Source of the DNA: an uncultured Methanosarcinales archaeon
Lineage (GTDB): Archaea > Nanobdellota > Nanobdellia > Woesearchaeales > GW2011-AR9
Assembly: GCA_964598745.1 (NCBI GenBank)
Contig: CAZRCV010000004.1
Location: forward strand, 1-60,779
Direction: 5' to 3'
DNA length: 60,779 nucleotides
The notes below the pieces were generated by a model. It had not been told where the DNA came from, made no database searches, and worked only from the letters and a program-made list of their open reading frames with translations. Within the stretch, counting starts at the first letter, position 1. Every line of letters starts with the position of its first letter. The position numbers and the translations under genes were made by a program. Shown in pieces: positions 19,494 to 28,261 of the stretch.

Positions 19494-20519
19494 TTAATTT
19501 AACCGTTCAATCAAACCATCAGTGTAACTAGCTTCTAAAGGAATTTCTTTTCCATGGCACAGTAATACCCTTCCCTGATTACTGGAAGTAACCATTCCGA
19601 TTTCAGCTGCTACGATGCCGGCTTTGTGATAATCATCTAGTAAATCAGCCACTAAGTCTTTTTCAATACTGATCAATAAGGCACCAGAACCAAAGATTCC
19701 TAATGGATCATCGCCCGTGGCTGCGCAGATTCTTTTGGTTTCCTCTCGAATAGGAATTTTGTCATAGTCAATAAAAACTCCATTTCCTGAAGCGAGAGCT
19801 AATTCTTCAATTCCTTTTCTAACACCACCTTCAGTTGGATCATGTAATGAGTGCGGTGAATGCTTCCAAGAGATGTAAGCTGCTGGTGCAACACAGATAC
19901 CAGGATTGTAGATAAATTGTTTTGCTATTTCTATAGTGCTTTCATCAACTTTTCCTTTCAATGATTCATACATATTTGCTGCCAAAATTGCAGTTCCTTC
20001 AATTCCTGCGCCTCCAGTTAAGACTAACGAATCTCCTTCTTTTGCTCCTGCTGTGGTGATTAGTTTATTTTTATCAACCTCCCCGAGCATAGTTAAGACG
20101 ATTCCTGGATTTCTGACTAGAGAAGTTATTTCTGTATGTCCAGTAACCACAGAAATTCTATGAGGCAAAACTGCATCGTATAACTGTCTGAAAAATGCTT
20201 CTACATCATTTAATGTAGATCTTTCTGGGAAAAATATGCTGGCCGAAGCCCATTTAGGAGTGGCTCCCCTGGTCACTATATCATTTACATTGATAGCGAC
20301 AGCAAAGTAGGGGGCATTTGATATATTGACCATTATTGGATCTACACAAACCGCCAAACAATTATTCTCTTTAGAGCCCATATCAATAATTGCTGCATCT
20401 TCTCCAATTTTTGGTCCTAATAGTACTCTGTCATTAGCACTATTAGTATATTTTTCTAATAGCCTAGATAATTCATCATCTGGCAATTTTCCGCATTTTA
20501 ATTTGTATGAGATATCCAT
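19494..20519 (-). CDS. AIR synthase-related protein (PurM/ThiL/HypE superfamily)
   Basis: 341 aa with the N-terminal GEDAAIID motif, a two-domain PurM-like layout and GGAGIEGTAI in the C-domain. Confidence 0.75.
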   Translation of the reverse strand: MDISYKLKCGKLPDDELSRLLEKYTNSANDRVLLGPKIGEDAAIIDMGSKENNCLAVCVDPIMVNISNAPYFAVAINVNDIVTRGATPKWASASIFFPERSTLNDVEAFFRQLYDAVLPHRISVVTGHTEITSLVRNPGIVLTMLGEVDKNKLITTAGAKEGDSLVLTGGAGIEGTAILAANMYESLKGKVDESTIEIAKQFIYNPGICVAPAAYISWKHSPHSLHDPTEGGVRKGIEELALASGNGVFIDYDKIPIREETKRICAATGDDPLGIFGSGALLISIEKDLVADLLDDYHKAGIVAAEIGMVTSSNQGRVLLCHGKEIPLEASYTDGLIERLN

Positions 20520-20594
20520 ATTAATTCACCACAAAAATAGTTAATTCAATAGTACATTAAATTAATCTTAAAAAATTAGAACTTTCTAGCAAAG

Positions 20595-20603
20595 TTTATA
20601 TAA
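20595..20603 (+). promoter_or_regulatory. TATA box for the tandem Lrp gene
   Basis: TTTATATAA lies about 22 nt upstream of the ATG at 20625. Confidence 0.4.
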
Positions 20604-20624
20604 TAATTACCTTAAAGTTCTTAT

Positions 20625-21599
20625 ATGGAGCTAAATAAAAAAGACAAAGATATTCTTAGGATACTTAACAAAAATTGCCGTGAACCAGATTCAAACATTG
20701 CTAGGAAATTAAAGATGAGCAAACAAGCAATAAGTTACAGAATTAGAAAAATGCAAGAAAATGAACTGATCAAAAATTTTTATACAGAATTTAATATTAG
20801 TAAACTGGGTTATAATTCTTATTACATTTTCATAGAATTAGAAAAAATAACCAATAAAATAGAAAAGGGAATAATTGAGATATTTGTTGATGAAGAGAAT
20901 ATTGGCTGGGTTATTAACGGAGTAGGTAAATCAAATATTATCTTGTTAGTATATGCTAAAACCATTCGTGAATTTGAAGATTTATATTCTAAAATTAAAA
21001 ACACCTGTTCTGAATATTTAAGAGATGCAAACTTCTCTATTTTAACAAAATCACATAAATTAAGTTATAGATTCTTAGAAACTGACCTTCATGGAGTCCA
21101 AACTGAAAAATTACAATCTATAATTTTAGATAATGAAGATGTTAGGTTAATGAAAGCATTAGGGCAGAATGCAAGAGAGAAAATAACAACAATCTCTAAT
21201 AAAACTGGAATGTCCATAGATGTAGTTAGATATAGATTAAAAAAACTTAAAACAAATAAAGTGATTAATGGTTTCAGAATGAAATTGGATGTATCAAAAC
21301 TAGGAATTCAATGGTATCTGTTATTAATTAAGTTACAACCGATAACTGAAAGCCTTAAACAGAGATTCCTTAACTATATTTTACAACAAAGAGAAATATA
21401 CTACCTCACTTCAACTGTAGGCAACTATGATTTAATCATTGATTTACAAGTAAATAGTTCTGTGGTGGTTGGGAACTTTATTTTTAGTTTAAGAGATAAA
21501 TTTCCAGAAATAATAAAAAGCTTTGAAACATTATTAATTTTTAAAGAACACAAAATTAATTATCTTCCAGAACTAATTATATCAACTCATGGTAATTAA
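20625..21599 (+). CDS. Tandem (double) Lrp/AsnC-family transcriptional regulator
   Basis: 324 aa with two complete Lrp modules (KDILRILNKNCREPDSNIARKLKMSKQAISYRIRKMQENELI...; DVRLMKALGQNAREKITTISNKTGMSIDVVRYRLKKLKTNKVI...), each followed by a RAM-like domain. Confidence 0.7.
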   Translation: MELNKKDKDILRILNKNCREPDSNIARKLKMSKQAISYRIRKMQENELIKNFYTEFNISKLGYNSYYIFIELEKITNKIEKGIIEIFVDEENIGWVINGVGKSNIILLVYAKTIREFEDLYSKIKNTCSEYLRDANFSILTKSHKLSYRFLETDLHGVQTEKLQSIILDNEDVRLMKALGQNAREKITTISNKTGMSIDVVRYRLKKLKTNKVINGFRMKLDVSKLGIQWYLLLIKLQPITESLKQRFLNYILQQREIYYLTSTVGNYDLIIDLQVNSSVVVGNFIFSLRDKFPEIIKSFETLLIFKEHKINYLPELIISTHGN

Positions 21600-21637
21600 G
21601 TAATTAATTTAAAATAAATTACGTCAAGGTTAAACCA

Positions 21638-22174
21638 ATGATTTCCATCATAGAATTATCAAAACTAGAACAAGACAGCCTAAAGAGAAAAATTCCTATT
21701 ATTGGCAGTGAGAAAGGCGCCTGGCTGCTGCAGAAAATAACAGAGATATCACCGCAGGCTATTTTAGAGTTGGGAACTGCCAATGGCTACAGTGGTTGCC
21801 TTTTGGGCAGCCAAGGCGCTGATTTAACCACTATTGAAATAAATCAGCTGATAGCTGAAGAAGCGGTTAAGAATTTCTCTAAATTCAATATTAAAGCCAA
21901 AATTATCATTGGCGATGCTGTAATGATAGTAAAAGAATTGGCTGAACACAAACAAGGCCTCTTTGATTTAATTTTTATTGATTTTTTTAAGAAAGGATAC
22001 CTGCAGGTGCTAGACAATTGCCTTAAATTAGTAAAATGGGGAGGCATGATTATTGCTGATAATATCAACATGAGAGGATGTCTTGATTTTAAACAGGCAG
22101 TTCTTAATCATCCGCAGCTAGATACGAAAATTATTAATATTCGGGATGGCTTAAGTTGCAGTGTTAAAAAATGA
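21638..22174 (+). CDS. Class I SAM-dependent O-methyltransferase (family 3-like)
   Basis: ILELGTANGYSG SAM motif I and FIDFFKKGY...GGMIIADNI, typical of the YrrM/CCoAOMT-like family. Confidence 0.7.
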   Translation: MISIIELSKLEQDSLKRKIPIIGSEKGAWLLQKITEISPQAILELGTANGYSGCLLGSQGADLTTIEINQLIAEEAVKNFSKFNIKAKIIIGDAVMIVKELAEHKQGLFDLIFIDFFKKGYLQVLDNCLKLVKWGGMIIADNINMRGCLDFKQAVLNHPQLDTKIINIRDGLSCSVKK

Positions 22175-22419
22175 GTTTGGAACAAAAAATTAAAGATAAT
22201 CGCAAACTAACTAATCATAAACCAACTTACCAGCTGCAACCACTGGATTTCTTACCGATACCAGGTTTTGGTTTGCTTCGTTTTGGCCTTAGAAACAGAA
22301 AACATGATTTTCCAATAACAGCTAGTGTAGAATATTTTACTAACATGGCTGTATTACTGGTTTACAACAGCATCTTAACCGTTGCGCCATTATACGTTAT
22401 GAGAGAATACTTTATTTAA
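22171..22419 (+). CDS. Small hypothetical membrane protein
   Basis: 82 aa with an ATGA overlap to the methyltransferase gene and a hydrophobic C-terminal segment. It overlaps the gatB 3' end by 8 nt. Confidence 0.35.
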   Translation: MSLEQKIKDNRKLTNHKPTYQLQPLDFLPIPGFGLLRFGLRNRKHDFPITASVEYFTNMAVLLVYNSILTVAPLYVMREYFI

Positions 22420-23824
22420 TCAGCTGTTTCATGATATCACTAACTAGCTGCGGCGAAGCCTTGCCTCGGCTAAGTTTCATCACTTGCCCAATTAAGAAGT
22501 TTAAAGATTTTTCACTGCCAGATTTATAATCTGCAACTGCAGCCTGGTTTTCATCAATTACCTTAATACAAAAACGCTGCAATTCCGAATTATCGCTTAT
22601 TTGCTGCAAATGATGCTGTTCAACATATTGTTTTGGCGAAAATGGCTTAATCATCAGTTCTTCTATAATCTTCTGGGCAGTGTCATCAGAAATACTGTTA
22701 GCAGCAACTAATTGCAATAGTTCTATCAGCTGCTCTGGTGAGAACTTGATGTCAGCAGCAGTTTTCTTATGAAAGTTAAGAACCCGTAATAACTCTTTGC
22801 GCATCCATTTGGCAGCTAATGGCGGATCAATTTTTTGAGCTACTGTTTCAAATAACTGAGCTAAATCTAAATCCATGGACATAACCTCGGCATCAGCCGG
22901 ATCCAACTTAAAGTTCTTGGTATAGCGATGGGATTTTTGGTATGCCAGTTCTGGCAGTTGTGATTTGAGTTGCTGTAACCAATCACGACCTAACTCTACT
23001 ATCGGCAAATCTGGTTCAATGATATAACCATAATCAGCTTCTGTTTCCTTGAGGCGCAGAGGGTAAGTAAAATTAGTTTGATTATCCCATCCCCTGGTTT
23101 CCTGAACCAATTTTTTGCCTTCAGCGGCTAGCTGTTTCTGGCGATTAATTTCACTGCCCAACGCCTTTTCTAACTCTTTAAATCCAGTAATGTTTTTTAT
23201 TTCCACTCGTGTGTAATTAGTTTCCTTTATGGAAACATTAGCATCAGCCTTAATAATACCATGATTTAAATCAAAAATTTTGAGGTAAGCAATAATACTA
23301 ATTAACTGGTTTAAGAAATCCCTGGCTTCTTCCGGTGAAGTTAATTCCGGTTTGGTTACAATTTCAATGAGTGGATTTCCCGAGCGGTTGTAGTCGATTA
23401 AGCAATAGGATGATTGGCGCATGGCTAAAGGATAGCTGATAGCTGCCGGATCTTCTTCCATATGCACGCGAATCAGGCTAACTTCACGGCCGGATTTAAG
23501 GTGAACTGATCCTTCCAAGCCTAGCGGCTCTTCAAATTGGGTAATTTGAAAATTTTTGGACATATCAGGGTAAAAGTAACTTTTTCTGGAAAAAATTACT
23601 TTGCTGGCTAACTTGGAATTAACGGCTAAACAGAATTTGCTGGCATACTCTAATGCTTTCTGGTTAATAACCGGCCGAGCTCCAGGATGCCCCAGGCAAA
23701 CTGGACAACAGCGGCTGTTTGCTTCTTCACTGCCTTGAGTGGGACAACTGCAGAACAATTTCGTGGCGGTATTTAATTGCACATGAACTTCCAATCCGAT
23801 TACCACTTCTGAAGTAAAGTTCAT
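22412..23824 (-). CDS. gatB: Asp/Glu-tRNA amidotransferase subunit B
   Basis: 470 aa, EVVIGLEVHVQLNTATKLFC... and a C-terminal GatB/YqeY tail. Confidence 0.9.
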   Translation of the reverse strand: MNFTSEVVIGLEVHVQLNTATKLFCSCPTQGSEEANSRCCPVCLGHPGARPVINQKALEYASKFCLAVNSKLASKVIFSRKSYFYPDMSKNFQITQFEEPLGLEGSVHLKSGREVSLIRVHMEEDPAAISYPLAMRQSSYCLIDYNRSGNPLIEIVTKPELTSPEEARDFLNQLISIIAYLKIFDLNHGIIKADANVSIKETNYTRVEIKNITGFKELEKALGSEINRQKQLAAEGKKLVQETRGWDNQTNFTYPLRLKETEADYGYIIEPDLPIVELGRDWLQQLKSQLPELAYQKSHRYTKNFKLDPADAEVMSMDLDLAQLFETVAQKIDPPLAAKWMRKELLRVLNFHKKTAADIKFSPEQLIELLQLVAANSISDDTAQKIIEELMIKPFSPKQYVEQHHLQQISDNSELQRFCIKVIDENQAAVADYKSGSEKSLNFLIGQVMKLSRGKASPQLVSDIMKQLIK

Positions 23825-25170
23825 GTTAACTCCTCTACTAATTGTAAAAATCGCAGCAAGGCTCCTTCATGCAGGTGATCAGCACAAGCCATTAAACCCA
23901 CCGGTAACCCTTCTACTGAACCAATAGGGATACTAGCATGCGGCACACCAGCCAGGTTTGGGCCAACAGTGAGGATGTCCATCAAATAATTTTCTAATGG
24001 AGTCATCTTTTTTACTTCAGAAAATTTTGGCGCAATTACCGGCATGGTGGGAGAAATCAGTAAATCATAAGTTTCAAATAATTTTTTATATTCCTCAATA
24101 ATTTTGGTTCTAACTTTAGTAGCTTTAAGATAATAAGCTTCACGATATCCAGCCATCCGGGCAAAGGTTCCTAGGATAATGCGGCGTTTGCTTTCCCGGT
24201 CAAAATGCTGGCTCCTGATTTCAGTAAAATATTTTCCGAAAGTTTTATTTTTGGGATTGCTTTCCTGGCCATAACGCAGGCCGCAAAATCGCGCTAAATT
24301 ACTAGAGGCTTCCGAGGTGGAAATAATATAATAAGTCGGGATGCCGTAAGTAAAAGTAGTCGGCATGGAGACAGATTTTAGTTCATGCCCTTGCTGCTTT
24401 AATTTCTCAATAACATTGATGATTAAGTTTTTAATGGCTGGATCAATGCCTTTTCCCAAACTTTCCTTAATGATGCCAATTTTTAAAATACCAGATTTTA
24501 CTTTAAAGTTAATTGGCTGCCGCAAGGAGGTAGCATCTTGTTGATCATGGCCGGAAATAATCTCCAGCACGGGTTTAATCTGTGAAACAGTTTTAGCCAT
24601 TAAGCCAATTTTGTCTAAAGAATCCGCATAAGAAATTAATCCATAGCGGCTTACGCTGCCATAAGTGGGACAAAAGCCAACCACTCCGCAAAAAGCAGCA
24701 GGGCTTTCAATGCTGCCACCTGTGGTTTCAGTAATAGCTACATGGTTAAATGAAGCTAGCTTGGTGATACCGGCGCCGCCGCCAGAAGAACCACCAGTTA
24801 CGCGGGTTACATCAATAGGATTTTTTGGCACAGGATAATCCAAACCAACATTGATATTAAAACTGCCAAAGCCAAAGGCATCCTGCGCAGTTTTACCGAT
24901 AACTATGGCTCCGGCTTCCTTCAGCCTGCGAACTACCGTAGCATCAAATAATGGCTTGTAGCCTTTAAGAATTCTTGATCCAGCAGTGCTTTCTACTCCC
25001 TTGACACACAGGCAATCTTTAACACTGACAAATAATCCTTTCAATGGCCCTTGTGCTTTTCCAGCCTGCTGCAACGCTTCCTGTTCACAAATTACATTAA
25101 AATAAGAGTATTTTTCGTTGATTTGTCGGCATTCTTCCAAGATGTTCTTAGTTTCATGAATCAGGGACAT
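23821..25170 (-). CDS. gatA: Asp/Glu-tRNA amidotransferase subunit A
   Basis: 449 aa with the amidase signature (GGSSGGGAG). 4-nt overlap with gatB. Confidence 0.9.
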   Translation of the reverse strand: MSLIHETKNILEECRQINEKYSYFNVICEQEALQQAGKAQGPLKGLFVSVKDCLCVKGVESTAGSRILKGYKPLFDATVVRRLKEAGAIVIGKTAQDAFGFGSFNINVGLDYPVPKNPIDVTRVTGGSSGGGAGITKLASFNHVAITETTGGSIESPAAFCGVVGFCPTYGSVSRYGLISYADSLDKIGLMAKTVSQIKPVLEIISGHDQQDATSLRQPINFKVKSGILKIGIIKESLGKGIDPAIKNLIINVIEKLKQQGHELKSVSMPTTFTYGIPTYYIISTSEASSNLARFCGLRYGQESNPKNKTFGKYFTEIRSQHFDRESKRRIILGTFARMAGYREAYYLKATKVRTKIIEEYKKLFETYDLLISPTMPVIAPKFSEVKKMTPLENYLMDILTVGPNLAGVPHASIPIGSVEGLPVGLMACADHLHEGALLRFLQLVEELT

Positions 25171-25185
25171 GTTATATTATGCAGT

Positions 25186-25473
25186 TTATCCAACAGTTTT
25201 TGGCCCGATAAAAAAGCCATCGCGCTTATTTTTAGTAAAGATTAAAACTTCCTCTTGGCTGAGACTATTGCAGGCAAGATCAGGCCTCAAGTGGTTTTTG
25301 GTTTCAATTGGCCGAAAGGAGCTGGCAGTATTTTCTACATTGATAGAATCCAAAATCGAAAAGGCCTTAAGTATTTCTTGTAAATCAGCAGTAAATATTT
25401 CTATCTCTGCTTCGGTCAAACTTAATTGAGCCATGGCTGCTATCTTTTTAGTTAATTCTGAATTAATTTCCAT
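25186..25473 (-). CDS. gatC: Asp/Glu-tRNA amidotransferase subunit C
   Basis: 95 aa, KIAAMAQLSLTEAEIEIFTADLQEIL pattern. It lies upstream of gatA. Confidence 0.85.
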   Translation of the reverse strand: MEINSELTKKIAAMAQLSLTEAEIEIFTADLQEILKAFSILDSINVENTASSFRPIETKNHLRPDLACNSLSQEEVLIFTKNKRDGFFIGPKTVG

Positions 25474-25639
25474 CGCTACAAGAGCTTGTAACGTTTTATT
25501 TAAAGGTTTTGTGATATAATAAAGGAGGCCTTAGAAAAATTAATTTTCCTTGATTCTCAGATGGTGCTTATAGCAAAAGTTCTACTGGTTCCTAATCTTT
25601 TCAGAAGTAGCATAGGTTAGAAATAATGTTAAGAAAAAG

Positions 25640-25758
25640 CGCCCCCAACCAGACTTCAACTGGTGACCTTTACCGGTTATTGCTAACTTGCGGTATCAGC
25701 CTATAAGGTAACAGCTTCGTGGTAATCTCGCACGCTCTACCTGCTAAGCTATGGGGGC
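25640..25758 (-). tRNA. tRNA-Asn(GUU) with three introns (13, 14 and 19 nt)
   Basis: Hand fold. Acceptor GCCCCCA/TGGGGGC with G73, D arm GCTT/GAGC, T arm ACCAG-TTGAAGT-CTGGT. Removing 25728-25716, 25708-25695 and 25688-25670 yields anticodon arm TGCGG-CUGUUAA-CCGCA and variable loop AGGTC, a 73-nt cloverleaf. Anticodon at 25712-25710. No encoded CCA. Confidence 0.7.
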
Positions 25759-25780
25759 ACTGCTAGTCTTTTACTCCGAC

Positions 25781-25792
25781 TTATTTATATAT
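25781..25792 (-). promoter_or_regulatory. TATA box for tRNA-Asn
   Basis: Minus-strand TATATAAATAA ends about 23 nt upstream of the tRNA 5' end. Confidence 0.4.
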
Positions 25793-25807
25793 TTTTTCAT
25801 ACAAACC

Positions 25808-25815
25808 TTTATAAA
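25808..25815 (+). promoter_or_regulatory. TATA box for aspS
   Basis: TTTATAAA lies 27 nt upstream of the ATG at 25842. It is divergent from the tRNA-Asn promoter. Confidence 0.4.
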
Positions 25816-25841
25816 ACTTTAATTAAATAACTTTATCTGTC

Positions 25842-27611
25842 ATGTTAAGAACACACACATGTGGCGAATTGACGTTAAAGAATGAAAACCAGGTGGTAAC
25901 ACTGTGCGGTTGGAATCATTCTCGCCGAGATCATGGAGGAATAATTTTTATCGACCTGAGAGACCGTTATGGCCTAACACAGTTAGTTTTCGATCCTGAC
26001 CATAATTTGGAAACTCATGTCCGCGCGGAAAAACTGCGCAGGGAAGATTGCCTTAAAGTAACTGGCAAGGTAAGATACCGCGGCCAAGGATTGGAAAACC
26101 AGCATTTGCCTACTGGAGAAATTGAGATCATCGTAGATGAATTGGATATCCTAAACAGCGCTGAAACTCCGCCGTTAGAAGTTGATGATCGCAAGGAAGC
26201 TTCCGAGGAAATGCGGCTAAAATACCGTTATTTAGATTTGCGCCGGCCAATTATGCAAAAACATTTACTAGTTCGCCATCAAGTTTTGCAAGCCTGCCGG
26301 GAATTGCTCGATAAGGAAGGATTTACAGAAATAGAAACGCCGATGCTAGTTCGTTCTACTCCGGAAGGGGCGCGTGATTATTTAGTGCCATCGCCATTTC
26401 ATCCCGGGCAAGTTTATTCGCTTCCGCAGTCGCCGCAAATTTACAAGCAGCTGCTGATGGTGGCGGGAATGGACAAGTACTACCAAATTGCTCGCTGCAT
26501 GAGAGCCGAAGATTCGCGCTCAGACCGGCAGCCAGAATTTACCCAATTGGATATTGAACTGAGTTTCGTGGATGAAGAGGACATTTATGCTATAGGTGAA
26601 AAACTATTTTATCACATCATGAAGAAAGTAAAAGGCATTGAGATAAAAACACCTTTTCGAAGAATGTCCTATGCTGAATCTATGGTTAAGTATGGTTGTG
26701 ATAAGCCAGACCTGCGTTTTGGCTTGGAACATCTAGATGTTTCTGAAATTGCCCAAAGCAGCGATTTTTCTGTGTTCAAGTCTGCAGTAGATAAGGGAGG
26801 AATAGTAAAATGTATCAATGCTAAAGGAGCCGGTTTGGCCTTTTCGAGAAAAGAAATTGATGCTCTGATTGCTTATGCTCAAAATTTAGGCGCGGCTGGC
26901 TTAGCTTGGATGAAAATGACCCCGCAAGGATTAGAATCATCCATTTGCAAATTCTTTAAGCCAGAACTGCAAAACATTTTAACTAAAAAAATGCAAGCGC
27001 AAGCCGGAGATTTATTATTATTCTGCGCTGGCGAAGAAAAATCAGTGCATAATGTAATGTGGAAAGTGCGCTTGAAGTTAGGTGATGATCTAAAACTAAT
27101 AAATCAGGATGAGTTTAACTTTTGTTGGATCAATCAATTTCCTATGTTTGAATGGAATACTGATGAAGGAAAGTGGGAAGCTATGCATCATATCTTTACC
27201 ATGCCTCGTGATGAAGATATGAAATATTTAGAAGAAAATCCAGGTAATGTGCGTGGCAAGTTGTACGATTTAGTGCTTAACGGAATTGAACTATGCTCTG
27301 GTTCAATTAGAATCAACCGGCCGGAAATTCAAGAGCGAGTAATGAAGGTTATTGGTATGAGCCTGGAAGAAGCGCAAGAAAAATTTGGGTTTTTATTGAA
27401 TGCTTTCAAATACGGAGCTCCGCCTCACGGGGGGTTTGCGCCAGGATTAGACCGGTTTGTGATGTTGATTGAAAAATTGGATAACATTAGGGATGTAATT
27501 GCTTTCCCTAAAAACAAGAACAAGGAAAGCCCCATGGATGGTTGTCCCTCCGCCTGGAATGCTAAAGACTTGAAAGAAAATTACCTAAAGTTAGAATTGC
27601 CTAAAAAGTAA
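25842..27611 (+). CDS. aspS: Aspartyl-tRNA synthetase, bacterial type (possibly non-discriminating)
   Basis: 589 aa with an N-terminal OB fold, class II motifs (FRAEDSRSDRQPEFTQLD; GGFAPGLDR) and the large bacterial insertion domain between motifs 2 and 3. Confidence 0.9.
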   Translation: MLRTHTCGELTLKNENQVVTLCGWNHSRRDHGGIIFIDLRDRYGLTQLVFDPDHNLETHVRAEKLRREDCLKVTGKVRYRGQGLENQHLPTGEIEIIVDELDILNSAETPPLEVDDRKEASEEMRLKYRYLDLRRPIMQKHLLVRHQVLQACRELLDKEGFTEIETPMLVRSTPEGARDYLVPSPFHPGQVYSLPQSPQIYKQLLMVAGMDKYYQIARCMRAEDSRSDRQPEFTQLDIELSFVDEEDIYAIGEKLFYHIMKKVKGIEIKTPFRRMSYAESMVKYGCDKPDLRFGLEHLDVSEIAQSSDFSVFKSAVDKGGIVKCINAKGAGLAFSRKEIDALIAYAQNLGAAGLAWMKMTPQGLESSICKFFKPELQNILTKKMQAQAGDLLLFCAGEEKSVHNVMWKVRLKLGDDLKLINQDEFNFCWINQFPMFEWNTDEGKWEAMHHIFTMPRDEDMKYLEENPGNVRGKLYDLVLNGIELCSGSIRINRPEIQERVMKVIGMSLEEAQEKFGFLLNAFKYGAPPHGGFAPGLDRFVMLIEKLDNIRDVIAFPKNKNKESPMDGCPSAWNAKDLKENYLKLELPKK

Positions 27612-27622
27612 GTTAACTGTTT

Positions 27623-28225
27623 CTAACTTGATTTTTGATATTTGTACATTACAGTTACCGTAGTTCCAGATGGTTTATCTTCAGAACTGTTGATGTTAAC
27701 TTCATAATGTGGTTCATTCATTGCTGTAAATCCACTTCCTTGGCATTGATAGTGTATCCCGCGTTTTCTGGTTCCATTTTGTGTAGCTATAATGATTGGT
27801 AGTGGATTAAATCCACAGCCGTTATCAGTTATTTGAAAAACTAACCCTCGTTTTCCAAAAAAATATTCCACTAAAGAGGGTTTAGCTTCTCCTTGTGAAC
27901 CTCGATAAATAGCATTCTCCAGCAGAAGAAAGATTAGGTTGGGTATACCAGAATAATAAAAATTGCCAGTTAAGTTACAATCCCCTTGATTGGGGCTGGC
28001 TTGGGAATTAACTAATACTGCAAAGTCATCAGTTAATAATCTTATTGCTCTCCCAAAACTAAAAGCGAAAGAAGCATTTTCATCTTTTAAGCATTCCCTA
28101 AAATCAAACACCCGATCTATTGAGCTGTTAACATCCGTGCCAGCTTCTTGCAACATATCAACTAAAGTTTTAGTGGTGAAAACCATCTTCGGGGCAGTTT
28201 GATTAGCTTTTATAAACTTTGACAT
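27623..28225 (-). CDS. Stand-alone GHKL/HATPase_c-like ATP-binding protein
   Basis: N box LLENAIYRG, G1 box ITDNGCGF, G2-like GSGFTAM. No HisKA, receiver or TM segments. Confidence 0.5.
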   Translation of the reverse strand: MSKFIKANQTAPKMVFTTKTLVDMLQEAGTDVNSSIDRVFDFRECLKDENASFAFSFGRAIRLLTDDFAVLVNSQASPNQGDCNLTGNFYYSGIPNLIFLLLENAIYRGSQGEAKPSLVEYFFGKRGLVFQITDNGCGFNPLPIIIATQNGTRKRGIHYQCQGSGFTAMNEPHYEVNINSSEDKPSGTTVTVMYKYQKSS

Positions 28226-28261
28226 AAATTATTAAAAGAAGCGCTATTTATAGCTACATAA

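Noticed and set aside
25640-25758. Alternative readings of the split tRNA as tRNA-Ile (UAU via stem TTACC/GGTAA, or GAU via loop CTGATAC)
   Set aside because: The TTACC/GGTAA model gives anticodon AUA or needs a mismatched stem and leaves a 21-nt insert without a BHB. The GAU model gives a 6-nt loop or an unexplained 23-nt variable region. Only the Asn(GUU) model places all three excised segments in BHB-like motifs, gives a 73-nt cloverleaf, and fits G73 and the gatCAB/aspS context.
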